Position numbers and translations under genes: made by a program. A stretch of 64,000 bases of DNA from contig CBDCTK010000002.1 in assembly GCA_965222225.1 (NCBI GenBank), forward strand, positions 3,072,001 to 3,136,000, given 5' to 3'. Positions within the stretch are counted from its first letter, which is position 1; every line of letters begins with the position of its first letter. Below are positions 51,900-61,818 of this stretch, piece after piece. The DNA is from Candidatus Poribacteria bacterium. Lineage in GTDB: Bacteria; Poribacteria; WGA-4E; JAJDTR01. The notes beneath the pieces are model-generated. The model ran no database searches and had not been told where the DNA came from. It saw only the letters and a list, made by a program, of their open reading frames with translations.

Positions 51900-52888
51900 C
51901 GGACGACTGGCGACACATCACGCAGTCGGATGACATTGGTCCGGTCGATATTGTCACGCCAAACAACGCCAATGCGGAGATTGCCATCGACGCGGCTCGG
52001 CACCGCAAGCATGTCTACTGCGAAAAGCCACTCGCCAACAACGCGGCTTCTGCGCGTCAAATGTATGAGGCAGCCCGTTCGGCCGGTTGCGTCCACGCGG
52101 TGTCGTTTGTGTACCGGCTGTGGCCTGACGTGGCGTTTGCGAAGCGGCTCATCCATGAGGGCAGAATCGGGAGGGTGCTTCAGTCTCAAGCCCGGTTTCT
52201 GCACGAGTTCCCCCTGGACCCGCGAACTCCGCTGACACGGAGGCTGGACGCGGAGAGGGCCGGCAGCGGCAGCATCGGCGACATCGGGTCTCATGTGATC
52301 GACGTAGCACGGTACCTAGTGGGCGAGATCGTGCGCGTCTGTGCTAGGATGCGGACATTTATCGATCAGCGTCTAGTTCCGTCTGGCTTGGGCGCCGCAC
52401 GGCAACGTGGTTTCGGGACGGAGGTCAGAGCAGAGTCATCCGAGTGTGGCGCAGTGCGGGTCGATGATGCGACCTTACTGATGGTCGAGTTCGAAGACGG
52501 CACGGTGAGTACTATTGAAACCAACTGGATGGCGGCGGGCCATAACAACGAACTGAGCTTTGAGATCAGCGGTGAGCACGGTGCGATTCGGTTCAATTGG
52601 GATCATTGCACTGACCTGCTCGTTCGGCTGGCGGACGACCCTTCCGAACTGGCCGGTTTCCGGACGATCCCGATTGGCCCGAAGCATCCGGAGGCAGCGC
52701 CCTATGGGTCCATACCGGGCTTCGGGATGCCGCAAAGGGATGCTTTTTGTATCACGGTGCACGAAGTCCTTGACGCGATTGCGAACAATCGGCCGGCGCG
52801 CCTAGATTTTTTCGATGAGCTGCGCGCGTGTGAGGTGATTAACGCGGCAAAATGCTCGTCGGAGTCGGGGTCGTGGCAAAGCGTCTAG
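51900..52888 (+). pseudogene. Gfo/Idh/MocA oxidoreductase lacking its N-terminus
   Basis: Upstream of ATG 52061 reads VDIVTPN..KHVYCEKPLA; GSIGDIGSHVID; Rossmann start missing. Confidence 0.7.
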
Positions 52889-53032
52889 GTCAAGAGACCG
52901 ACGGCATTCGGAGCCGCAAACAATCGGATGAAGCCGACATGTTTCGCTAGTCTTTCCTTAGTCGTCGCTCGCCACCTTGGCACGCTATACTTTCTCGGGC
53001 GGATTCTGTGCCGTTGCCGCACGCGGAATTAA

Positions 53033-53161
53033 GAGCCCGTTTGAATAATTCAAATCGATCGCCGAGAGCTGCCATTTTATGAGCAAATGCCTTCAATATC
53101 GGACGATTTTGCCTCCAAGATGGTAGAAAATAACCCTTCCACTTACTTGTCAAACAGGATC
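53033..53161. mobile_element. IS5-type MITE
   Basis: TAA|GAGCCCGTTTGAA ... GTCAAACAGGATC|TTA. Confidence 0.7.
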
Positions 53162-53674
53162 TTAAGCGTCACTCCAGTCAAATTGATGTGCCTCTTGCGA
53201 CCCAGTGCTGAATTCGTTAAGCTCAAGCAGGTTGCCATCTGGATCATAGAAAAAGAGCACATGCCACTCACCTTCTCCGCTGAAATGAACGGGTGGGGAG
53301 ACAAACTCCACGCCCGCTGCGTTCAACCGTTCGTACGTGGCCTGAACATCCTCGACGCCGAAACAGATATGCGCGCTCGGCACATGGTTGAGGGGATATC
53401 GCTCCACAGGACTAGGGGGATTGAGCCACTGGATAAGATCGAAGGTGAAGCCCGGACCATCGTTTCGGGTGTGACCGTGGATACCTCCCGGCGCCCGCAG
53501 CCGGTATTCGCGCATGTGGACCTTGGGCATGGCAGTCATTTCAGAGATTGGACCGTCTATGTGCTCCTCGGGAGACACGACCTCCAATCCTAGCAGGTCA
53601 CGATAGAAATGCAATGATTTTTCTAAATCGCTCACCATAACGGCGACGTGATCAATTTTAATAGAGGTACTCAT
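53162..53674 (-). CDS. VOC/glyoxalase family protein
   Basis: IDHVAVMVSDLEKSLHFYRDLLGL, HICFGVED, FYDPDGNLLEL. Confidence 0.92.
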   Translation of the reverse strand: MSTSIKIDHVAVMVSDLEKSLHFYRDLLGLEVVSPEEHIDGPISEMTAMPKVHMREYRLRAPGGIHGHTRNDGPGFTFDLIQWLNPPSPVERYPLNHVPSAHICFGVEDVQATYERLNAAGVEFVSPPVHFSGEGEWHVLFFYDPDGNLLELNEFSTGSQEAHQFDWSDA

Positions 53675-53994
53675 CGCGTAACTCCTTTCTCGACAGACTC
53701 ATTGTTATACCATTTCTCTATATTGGCAGTGCATTAGTAGCGTTAATCAAATCTTATCAGTGCGGGGCAAGATGCCCCGCCTACGGGCTTGGTGTGCGGG
53801 GTATGGTTGGTATCGATCTTTTCATAATAGTATAATTGGGGAACATTATATGCACTATTATTCAAGCGAAATGGTATTAGTATCTCTCGCTATCATCCAA
53901 CGTAGGAAAACCCCATTCACTTGTTTGCATGCCATGTTTCAGCCGCTGCATTCCAAGGGAACGCCAGTTCCAATAACCGCGTGCGTACAATCCC

Positions 53995-54978
53995 TCAATC
54001 CACGCGGTACAGCGGCTCTAATCCAGCGGCTATCCGATCCACATTCTCTGCCGCCGCCTGTGCCCGTTTCCGCGACGTACCATCGGTGTTACCGGAGACA
54101 TGAGGTGTTGCAATTACATTTGGCAAGCTGAAAATCCGCGATGTCAAATCTGGCGGCTCCTGGCTGAAAGCATCCAACCCGGCGCCACCAATCTGCCCTT
54201 CCGCCAACGCCTTTTCCAGCGCGGCTTCGTCCACCAATGCTCCGCGAGCGACATTGATCAAAAACGCTGTCGATTTCATTAAACCCAGGCGGCGTGCATT
54301 GATAGTGTGTCGTGTCTCGTCGTTGAGATGCAGATGCAACGACACGATATCCGACTCGGCGAGGACTTTATCCAACACCTCTGGTTTCCCAACAAACTCT
54401 AGGCCAAACTCGTGCACCTCATCTTCCCCGACATCGCGGATATCAATAGCGGAAATCCTGATGCCAAATGGCCTTGCTCGATGCGCCAACTCCATCCCGC
54501 TGGCGCCAAAACCGACAATGCCCAATTTTAATCCCTGAAGTTCCAGCCCTGTGGGCCTATACATCTCCCCCGCTTTAAGATTCGTCTGCGTCATAGGATA
54601 CTCTCGCGCAAGCATCAGAATGAACATCATCGAACATTCTGCCAGTGCCACAGCGCTGAAAGGTCCTGGACAATTCGCCACGGGAATCTTCTTGGACCGC
54701 CAGTAATCCATATCGAAATGGTCAAGCCCCGTGCCAAGAATCTGCCATAGACGAACCTTTCCTGCGGCTAAATCTGCCATTTCTCTAGTCCCCGCGGAAC
54801 CGCCGTGGTCAATCACCACATCAACCTCTTCAAACCACGGCGCGATGGGTTGGTCATAGTCCAAGATATGCAGATTGTGGCGGCTACCGATGGCAGCCAC
54901 TACATCCTCGCCCCAAGGTTTAAACATTAACGGGGTGAGGGGATGGGGTAAAAACAAAACAGTCAATTTTTCAGGCAT
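53995..54978 (-). CDS. D-isomer-specific 2-hydroxyacid dehydrogenase
   Basis: GIVGFGASG, INVARGALVDE, GLDAFSQEP, TPHVSG. Confidence 0.92.
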   Translation of the reverse strand: MPEKLTVLFLPHPLTPLMFKPWGEDVVAAIGSRHNLHILDYDQPIAPWFEEVDVVIDHGGSAGTREMADLAAGKVRLWQILGTGLDHFDMDYWRSKKIPVANCPGPFSAVALAECSMMFILMLAREYPMTQTNLKAGEMYRPTGLELQGLKLGIVGFGASGMELAHRARPFGIRISAIDIRDVGEDEVHEFGLEFVGKPEVLDKVLAESDIVSLHLHLNDETRHTINARRLGLMKSTAFLINVARGALVDEAALEKALAEGQIGGAGLDAFSQEPPDLTSRIFSLPNVIATPHVSGNTDGTSRKRAQAAAENVDRIAAGLEPLYRVD

Positions 54979-55117
54979 TATTACCTCGTCGCTAATCTGC
55001 GATAAAGGCGGCTAAGGGATAACACTTTCCCCGCAACAACAACTCAGATTGCCGTATGCATAAGCTGACGGGTGCAGATAACACTTTTCCATTTAGGGAA
55101 ACCCCGCCTGATGCGAG

Positions 55118-55340
55118 TTATTCTCGGGGTTTCTCGTGTAGGAGGGGCATCGTAATCATCCATACATCACCCAAGACGTTTCTTGCCATATCGTAGAGCC
55201 TGAAGACATTGCGTGAGTGACTGCCATCGGGACTTAATCCTTTACAGGTATGGTTGGCATCGTCACGCGAAATATCATCTCCATGCAGATAGTGCTGGGC
55301 GGCCAGTTTTCTACGCGCAGCCTTTTCCAACTTCGCTTCG
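55118..55340 (-). pseudogene. Degraded FGE-sulfatase (SUMF1-like) domain fragment
   Basis: TEAKLEKAAR and NVFRLYDMARNV resemble TEAEWEKAAR / NGFGLYDMAGNV. Confidence 0.55.
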
Positions 55341-55407
55341 GTGCGGAATTGTTTCATTACCCATATCGACGTTAAACTCATTGGCACGCCATTTGTCGAT
55401 CGAGGCG

Positions 55408-56160
55408 CTACTTCGTGGTGTACCCGCCATCGACAACCATAACTGAGCCGGTTACATATGACGACTCATCACTCGCCAAGAACAGTGCGGCATACGCGAC
55501 TTCAATCGGTTCAGCAAAACGTTCCAATAGGTTCGCCTTTCGATACGGTGCAAGGTGTTCCTCGGGGATGTTTGCTGCCATGGGTGTGTTCATCGATCCG
55601 GGGCAGATTGCGTTGACCCGGACGTTCTCTTGGGCGTGATCGCATGCCATGCATCTAACAAGCCCGATGACACCGTGCTTGGAGGCATTGTAAGATGCTT
55701 GGTTCGGTTGGCCGACCAGCCCCGAGATTGAGGAGATACAGATAATACTCCCACTGCCTTGCCGGCACATCTGCGGTATGACAGCCTTGGAACAGAGAAA
55801 AGTTCCCTTGAGGTTTACCCCTAGAACATAGTCCCACTCCGCCTCAGTCGTGTCAGGCACGTTCTTTTCGACTTGGACGCCCGCATTGTTGACCAAGACA
55901 TTGACACCGCCATAAGCATCGACAGCGTCGCCAATCAAGAGGGTAGCGTCGTCCGGGTTCGAGACATCTCCCCGAACAAAAATCGCCTCGCCCCCTTGCT
56001 CGCGAACTTGACTGACCGTTTCTCGCCCCGCCATCTCATTGATGTCAAAAATGACTACCCTGGCACCTTCACGGCTAAACAGTAGCGCCATCTCCTGGCC
56101 CAGCCCCATACCTGATCCCGTAATGACGGCAATCTTGTCTTTCAGTCGTGCCATTGGCAA
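55408..56160 (-). CDS. Short-chain dehydrogenase/reductase
   Basis: TGSGMGLG, VNNAG, YNASK, VNAICPG, VDGG. Confidence 0.93.
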   Translation of the reverse strand: MPMARLKDKIAVITGSGMGLGQEMALLFSREGARVVIFDINEMAGRETVSQVREQGGEAIFVRGDVSNPDDATLLIGDAVDAYGGVNVLVNNAGVQVEKNVPDTTEAEWDYVLGVNLKGTFLCSKAVIPQMCRQGSGSIICISSISGLVGQPNQASYNASKHGVIGLVRCMACDHAQENVRVNAICPGSMNTPMAANIPEEHLAPYRKANLLERFAEPIEVAYAALFLASDESSYVTGSVMVVDGGYTTK

Positions 56161-56220
56161 CTACCTCCTTAACGTAGCTGTGGCTTTGTTGAAATTTTCC
56201 TCGGCTGAGTTATTGTCCCG

Positions 56221-57015
56221 CTAACGTGGCGGGACTTCTTGGGCCACGTGATTTACCCCTTTGAAATTAAAACATCCCGGTGCGAACTCCCGCATACGAT
56301 GTATCCACGCTTCACGCTTGGGGTTCCCTCTGGAATTCGCTACCCAAGATGTGTAGTCGACCGCGTTGCCGATAAGCTGTTTCCGGCAGGCTTCTTCCGC
56401 TTCCGGTGTCTTGGGGTTATTGTAGTAGCAGAGGACGCACATGCGGCGGTCAATTGAACCACCCCAACTGGCATGCCAGCAGCGGAGGTCGAAAGCGACA
56501 ACATCGCCCGGCCTCGATTCACACACATAGGCTGGAACCTCGGGAATGCTTAACCCGCATCGGTCCAGATTCCGCCGAAGTTCGTTGTGGAGGGGCTGTC
56601 TATGCGACCCTGGAATCACCCGAAGCGCGCCGCCTTCTGCACCCATTGGCTGCAAATAGTAGGCGAATTTGACGCCGTAGTGATGCTGCACACTACCCGT
56701 GTCGGGATGCCAGCCCGTGTCCCCCACATATCGGTTAATATTGGAAATAGTAGCCAAGACGTCTTCGCCGTAGAGTTGCTCGGCTATTTCGCAGAATCGC
56801 GGGTCTTCCAGCAACGAGGAAAAGAAGGGGGTGCGCGGTCCCATCGTCAACAGGCGATGCCTACGCGTTCCATCAAATGGTGCATGACAAAACTCGGACT
56901 CCATTGCACCCTCGAATTCAGCGTTGATAGTCCGCAGTTCGTCCGGACCGAACAACTCCCGGAAGATCAGAAATCCGAAAGTTTGAAACTGAATGAGTTG
57001 TTGTTCCGTGAGCAT
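56221..57015 (-). CDS. PhyH-family dioxygenase
   Basis: FQTFGFL, WHPD, ALRVIPGSH, PGDVVAFD..WHAS. Confidence 0.88.
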   Translation of the reverse strand: MLTEQQLIQFQTFGFLIFRELFGPDELRTINAEFEGAMESEFCHAPFDGTRRHRLLTMGPRTPFFSSLLEDPRFCEIAEQLYGEDVLATISNINRYVGDTGWHPDTGSVQHHYGVKFAYYLQPMGAEGGALRVIPGSHRQPLHNELRRNLDRCGLSIPEVPAYVCESRPGDVVAFDLRCWHASWGGSIDRRMCVLCYYNNPKTPEAEEACRKQLIGNAVDYTSWVANSRGNPKREAWIHRMREFAPGCFNFKGVNHVAQEVPPR

Positions 57016-57154
57016 GATGTTCCTCCTCTTTCACACAAGTTTTTTATTCGGCGAACAGCGGTTGACGGTTAGGGAATGCCTGCACTCCCTCCGCTAGCGA
57101 GTACAAACACGACACATCGTGTTTCTAATGCTGGCCTTTCAGGTTTGAAGGGGA

Positions 57155-57904
57155 TCAAAGGAGCCCAGGGGCCAGCTCTCGCATCTGATTTATCCAGCGT
57201 TGGCGTTTTGGATGAGCTTCGGAATTCGCAACCCAAGGTGTGTAGTCAATCTCATTAAGGACAAGCCGTTCCCGGGTAGCTTCTTTCGCTTCTGGCGTCT
57301 TGGGATTGTTGTAGTAAACCATGACACACATGCGACGGTCGTTCGAGCCTCCGCAACTGGCATGCCAGCAGCGGAGGTCGAAGGCAACTACATCGCCCGG
57401 CTCGGATTTGCACACGTAGGCCGGCACGTCGGGGATGCTCAACTCGGACTTGTCCAGATTCCGCCGCAGCTCATCGTGAAGAGGCTGCTTATGCGACCCT
57501 GGAATCACCCGAAGCGCGCCGCTTTCTGCACCAATCGGTTCCAGATAGTATGCGAATTTTACACCGTACTGATTCTGCACACTTCCCGTATCGGGATGCC
57601 AGCCCGTGTCCCCAACATAACGGTTGATATCAGAAGCAATTCCGAAGACGTCTTCGCCGTAGAGCTGCTCGGCTACTCCACAGAATCGCGAGTCTTCCAG
57701 CAACGAGGTGAAGAAGGGAGTCTGTGGTCCCATTGTCACCAGCCAATGCCGACGCGTTCCATCGAACGGGTCATCCTGAAACGCAGCTTCCATCGTTTCC
57801 ATGAACTCAACGTTGATGGTTTCGAGTTCGTCTGGACTAAACAAACTCCGTAAGGTCACGAATCCGAAGGTTTGAAAGTGAATGAATTGCTGTTCCGTGA
57901 GCAT
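57155..57904 (-). CDS. PhyH-family dioxygenase (tandem paralog)
   Basis: Highly similar to 56221-57015. Confidence 0.88.
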   Translation of the reverse strand: MLTEQQFIHFQTFGFVTLRSLFSPDELETINVEFMETMEAAFQDDPFDGTRRHWLVTMGPQTPFFTSLLEDSRFCGVAEQLYGEDVFGIASDINRYVGDTGWHPDTGSVQNQYGVKFAYYLEPIGAESGALRVIPGSHKQPLHDELRRNLDKSELSIPDVPAYVCKSEPGDVVAFDLRCWHASCGGSNDRRMCVMVYYNNPKTPEAKEATRERLVLNEIDYTPWVANSEAHPKRQRWINQMRELAPGLL

Positions 57905-58514
57905 GATGTTCCCCCTTATCCACAGAATTGCCCGAGCCTATTTACACCACAGAATCCCGGTAGGCATTGCAATTCTCTTTTCTAAAAATCTGGTCTTGAC
58001 AAGATCATAAGTACCAAGACATGATTAAATCAATATTTGGACTTCCGAAGTCTTGGCGTGCGCCTATAAAAATGATCGTGTCCATGTACCGCAAGTATTC
58101 CAATATGACGGCAGGAGACCAATACTGGATGAACGATTGGTTATATATTACTATACTGTGAAACGATTTATCAAGAGAAATTAGTTAATCGGCGGTTACA
58201 CTACCGGATCACAGTCCGGCTAGCGTTGCAATCAATTGTTCGCTGCATCATTGAATAGCAGGGCGATATGCGGCTTTGGAAAAGTCTTGAAAAGTGTTAC
58301 GGTAATATATCAAGCCTAAATTGATCTCGATTTCGAACTTGCCTCCGGTATATTGGATATGGGCCAATCTGTGCCCCAGGTCAATTCATACTAGCCCCGG
58401 GGGGCGAATTCAGTGATAGAAAGAGTTTAGGGCATATTGACCTTTCGTCCCTGCCCACTTTCTTCCGTGCTCCTTTATTAAGTTTTGAAAGGCAGAAATT
58501 ACTCATTACGCTTT

Positions 58515-59690
58515 CTAACCCCAACTAGCAATAAAGTCTTCGACATCGAAATTGGATGGCATCTCGTAAAAACAGTATTTCATCGGGCCCGACTGAAAGC
58601 CGGGAACATACTGCTCTGTATCTAATTGCAGTTTTGCATCCAGCGGTACAAATCGGGCCCAGAGTGCTTCGAGTTCTTCAGAAGAGAAGTATTGGGCAAT
58701 TTGCTTATATCTTTTCAGATCGCCTCCATAACTTGTTGGTTCAAATCGCATCTTGTATGCTAATTTGGATAACAGTATGACGCACACGATACGTCTGTTC
58801 TCACCGGGATGGAGCGCAGCGAGTCCGACGCGGAAAGCGTCAGCGTCCTTGTTGATGATTGCTTTGAACACTGATACAACGCAATGACACTCTTGGTGGA
58901 ACACCGTTTCAAACCGTTCAAACATCTTCCGTATCGAAAGTGAGAGGTGTTTGGTGAAGTCTAAATCCCAATAGAAATGCGGAACATGGGGATAAACCAA
59001 TCCACCAAAGGGGCGGTAGCCCAAGTGAATCGTTCGCCGTAACTTCGTATTATAGTTGCTGCCCCAGTGGAGGATGGTATTCGTATAGGCAACACCATCG
59101 CCCGCTTTCAATTCTACCGGGACACTATTCGGTAGTGGCAGCTTCGGATCTTCTAGCAGTTGACGATCTTCCGGTCCAGTATTGGGACGACGATGGCTAC
59201 CCGGAACCACCCAAAGCACATCATCATCGTAAAGCGGGATGTTCCACTGTATCAGTCCCGGAGCATTTTCTAGCAGGTCCATCTGCAAGCCGGTCAAGGG
59301 CGCCTGATCAATGGGATGTATATCACGGTGCCAGTTTGCCGGACCATGATCGCGCACGGGGCTACACATCAAGAACAGCGCCGTAACTGCTGCGTCGGAG
59401 GCACACATTAGTTGGCGGCTAACGCCCATTGTATTTTGGTGCAAGCAAAACTCGACAGTGTTGTCGGTGGTTTCATCAACGACGGTATCGAACCACAACC
59501 GTGGTTGAGCGGAGGTTTCCCATACGCCGCCCGGCGGGTCATCAGGATTGCGCTCACGCTCCCAAATTGCCTTCTGTCGTTCAACAAGCACTTCAAAGCT
59601 ATATCGCAGCGGGTTTAATTGTTCCGGCGGGACACACTCCCGTATAATCAGATAGCCATCGTCAATTAATTGTCCACGATTGACTTTCAT
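58515..59690 (-). CDS. PhyH-family dioxygenase with C-terminal extension
   Basis: DGYLIIR, WHRD, LWVVPGSH, LKAGDG..LHWGS..RRT. Confidence 0.85.
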   Translation of the reverse strand: MKVNRGQLIDDGYLIIRECVPPEQLNPLRYSFEVLVERQKAIWERERNPDDPPGGVWETSAQPRLWFDTVVDETTDNTVEFCLHQNTMGVSRQLMCASDAAVTALFLMCSPVRDHGPANWHRDIHPIDQAPLTGLQMDLLENAPGLIQWNIPLYDDDVLWVVPGSHRRPNTGPEDRQLLEDPKLPLPNSVPVELKAGDGVAYTNTILHWGSNYNTKLRRTIHLGYRPFGGLVYPHVPHFYWDLDFTKHLSLSIRKMFERFETVFHQECHCVVSVFKAIINKDADAFRVGLAALHPGENRRIVCVILLSKLAYKMRFEPTSYGGDLKRYKQIAQYFSSEELEALWARFVPLDAKLQLDTEQYVPGFQSGPMKYCFYEMPSNFDVEDFIASWG

Positions 59691-59964
59691 GGTTGGTTCC
59701 TTTCGTTAACCGTAATGTCGCTGTCCAGTTCTTCCCCATTCCACTAAATCTGTTTCGCGGACACTGACTTCCAGCTTGCTCCACCCGGTAAAGCTCCGGA
59801 GCAGGCCAGACTCAAAGGCCGTTCCAAACCAAGGTTCAGGGGTCGACAGGTAGAACGCAAAAGCACCTAATGAGGTGTGGATGCTTAAGAACCTGTTTGA
59901 ATAATCGGTGGCAAAGCCATTTTTGGTCATTTGTAGAAAGTTTTTTCATGTTTTCATTGTTGGC

Positions 59965-60092
59965 TGCTACATACCTGTGGGATCCCTATCGCACTCGTTA
60001 TCCACTCGCTTGATCGCTGCTGGCGCTTTCAAAGGCTGGTGCGCAGGGGATCTCTATCGCAGTCATTATTCATTCCTTTGATCGCACCCTAC
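59965..60092. repeat. Two REPs, each interrupted by a mini-element
   Basis: ATACCTG|59978-60013|TCGC.. and CAAAGGCTGGTGCGCAG|element|CGCACCCTAC. Confidence 0.8.
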
Positions 60093-60209
60093 AAACTATG
60101 TCATCGTCCGCGGCGGTTAGAAACCAGCAATCTTTACGCTTCCATTGCCATATTGCCTCACATAATGTCACATAATGTCACAATTTTTTAATTTATCTTA
60201 TCGCGATAA

Positions 60210-61096
60210 GATCCTGTTTGAAAAAGAAGAAAGTTGTCTGAAGGGTTGATGATTACGTTTACTCATTGGAGCAGTTAATTCTGAACCAATGAAAGGAGTA
60301 AACATCAACCGCACGAGTTATCCCAGTGATTTGACCGATACACAGTGGGAGAAACTGTTACCATTTCTGCCAACACCTCAACCCTTAGGCAGACCTCTCA
60401 AGTGGGAGATGTGTTTAATCATCAACGCCATCTTTTATGTCGTCAAGTCCGGTTGTCAGTGGCGAATGCTACCCCATGATATGCCACCGTGGCAAACCGT
60501 CTACTACCGTTTCAGAAAGTGGAAAGCCGACGATACATGGCTCTTGATTCATCAGGCACTTCACGAACAAACACGTTGCGATGCTGGCAAAGAACCATCA
60601 CCGACAGCAGCTATCATCGACAGCCAATCCGTTAAGACGACGGAATTAGCGGCGACTAGAGGATTTGATGGTCACAAGAGAGTCAAAGGACGCAAACGAC
60701 ATCTAGTAACTGATACGATAGGTGTTCCATTGATAGTCAAAGTCACTGACGCCAATGTCAGTGACAATCAGATAGCTATTGAATTACTAACAGAAGTGTT
60801 TAGCTGGTACATAACAATTCAGTTGGTGTGTGCCGATGCTGCCTATCGCGGAGAATTGGAAGACTGGTTATATCTTGCTCATCAGTGTCAACTGGAGATT
60901 GCATCTACGCTAGGGCAGCAGGGATTTGAAGTTGTCCCGTTACGATGGATTGTTGAGCGCACATTTTCTTGGCTTGGTTGGTTTCGTCGATTGATTTTGG
61001 ATTATGAACGCTATCCTAAGACTGCTGAGACTATGGTGTACATCGCTTCCATTTACTTGATGCGAAACCGAATCAAATGACTTTTCAAACAGGCTC
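60210..61096 (+). mobile_element. IS5-family insertion sequence with TAA target duplication
   Basis: TAA|GATCCTGTTTGAAAA ... TTTTCAAACAGGCTC|TAA. Confidence 0.9.
60289..61080 (+). CDS. IS5-family transposase
   Basis: YPSDLTDTQW, GCQWRMLPHD, IIDSQSVK, KGRKRH, ADAAY, RWIVERTFSW. Confidence 0.95.
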   Translation: MKGVNINRTSYPSDLTDTQWEKLLPFLPTPQPLGRPLKWEMCLIINAIFYVVKSGCQWRMLPHDMPPWQTVYYRFRKWKADDTWLLIHQALHEQTRCDAGKEPSPTAAIIDSQSVKTTELAATRGFDGHKRVKGRKRHLVTDTIGVPLIVKVTDANVSDNQIAIELLTEVFSWYITIQLVCADAAYRGELEDWLYLAHQCQLEIASTLGQQGFEVVPLRWIVERTFSWLGWFRRLILDYERYPKTAETMVYIASIYLMRNRIK

Positions 61097-61818
61097 TAAG
61101 ACGTACAAGGTAATAGAAAACAAAACTGTCCTACCACATCGGGCCCTGCACATTGACCTCGCCAAGCGAACTCTGGACTGACACCCGCGGGCTTGTACCC
61201 CGTGCAAAAACGAGAAAACCTAAATTGTGTATCGGCCCAATTTCTCTGAAGATGCACTTATTGCGCACAAGTGCCTGGATTCCCAAATCCATTGTGCTGA
61301 GATTTACCACTGCATCGCTAATGTTGGCGATGACAATTTGCGAGAATGCTTCTGCTAACGGCGGCTTGGGACGTTCAAACGCGACCTTGATTTCAAAGTA
61401 ACTTATAGACGTTTTCCCTTTATAGGGCTCGAATAACAGTTCTAATCGTGTTGAAGATGCATTCAGATTTGAGTGGAGCACGCCATCAATTCGTGTAGGC
61501 GCGGGGAAATGTCTCACAGATTTCACGTTTGACCGAGGACCGGGCTGATGATGCCCGATATAACCGCCCTGGAACTAATATATACTCGTATAAACTCGCA
61601 GACATACGATACTGATTGTTCGTTGTGTTCGCGCCGGTTCACTGCCAGAGCCGGTTGTGGTAGACGGATGCCGTCTCTTTCTTCCCGCCACTGGAATCTA
61701 TTGTAGATGGGCGTCTCGGCGCTCAACCCACGTTTTGTGCGTTGGATGAAAGGCATAATCTACATTGCGCCATTTTCCGGCGTGCCATCGTGAGCAACCA
61801 CGTAATAGTTCATCTACT

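Noticed and set aside
790-60081. Diversity-generating retroelement as the source of the variable dinucleotides
   Set aside because: Variation is compensatory (paired), many adenines are invariant, and no reverse transcriptase or template/variable repeat pair is visible.
61131-61756. Two short minus-strand ORFs next to IS5
   Set aside because: No recognisable motif; probably degraded sequence, no call can be supported.
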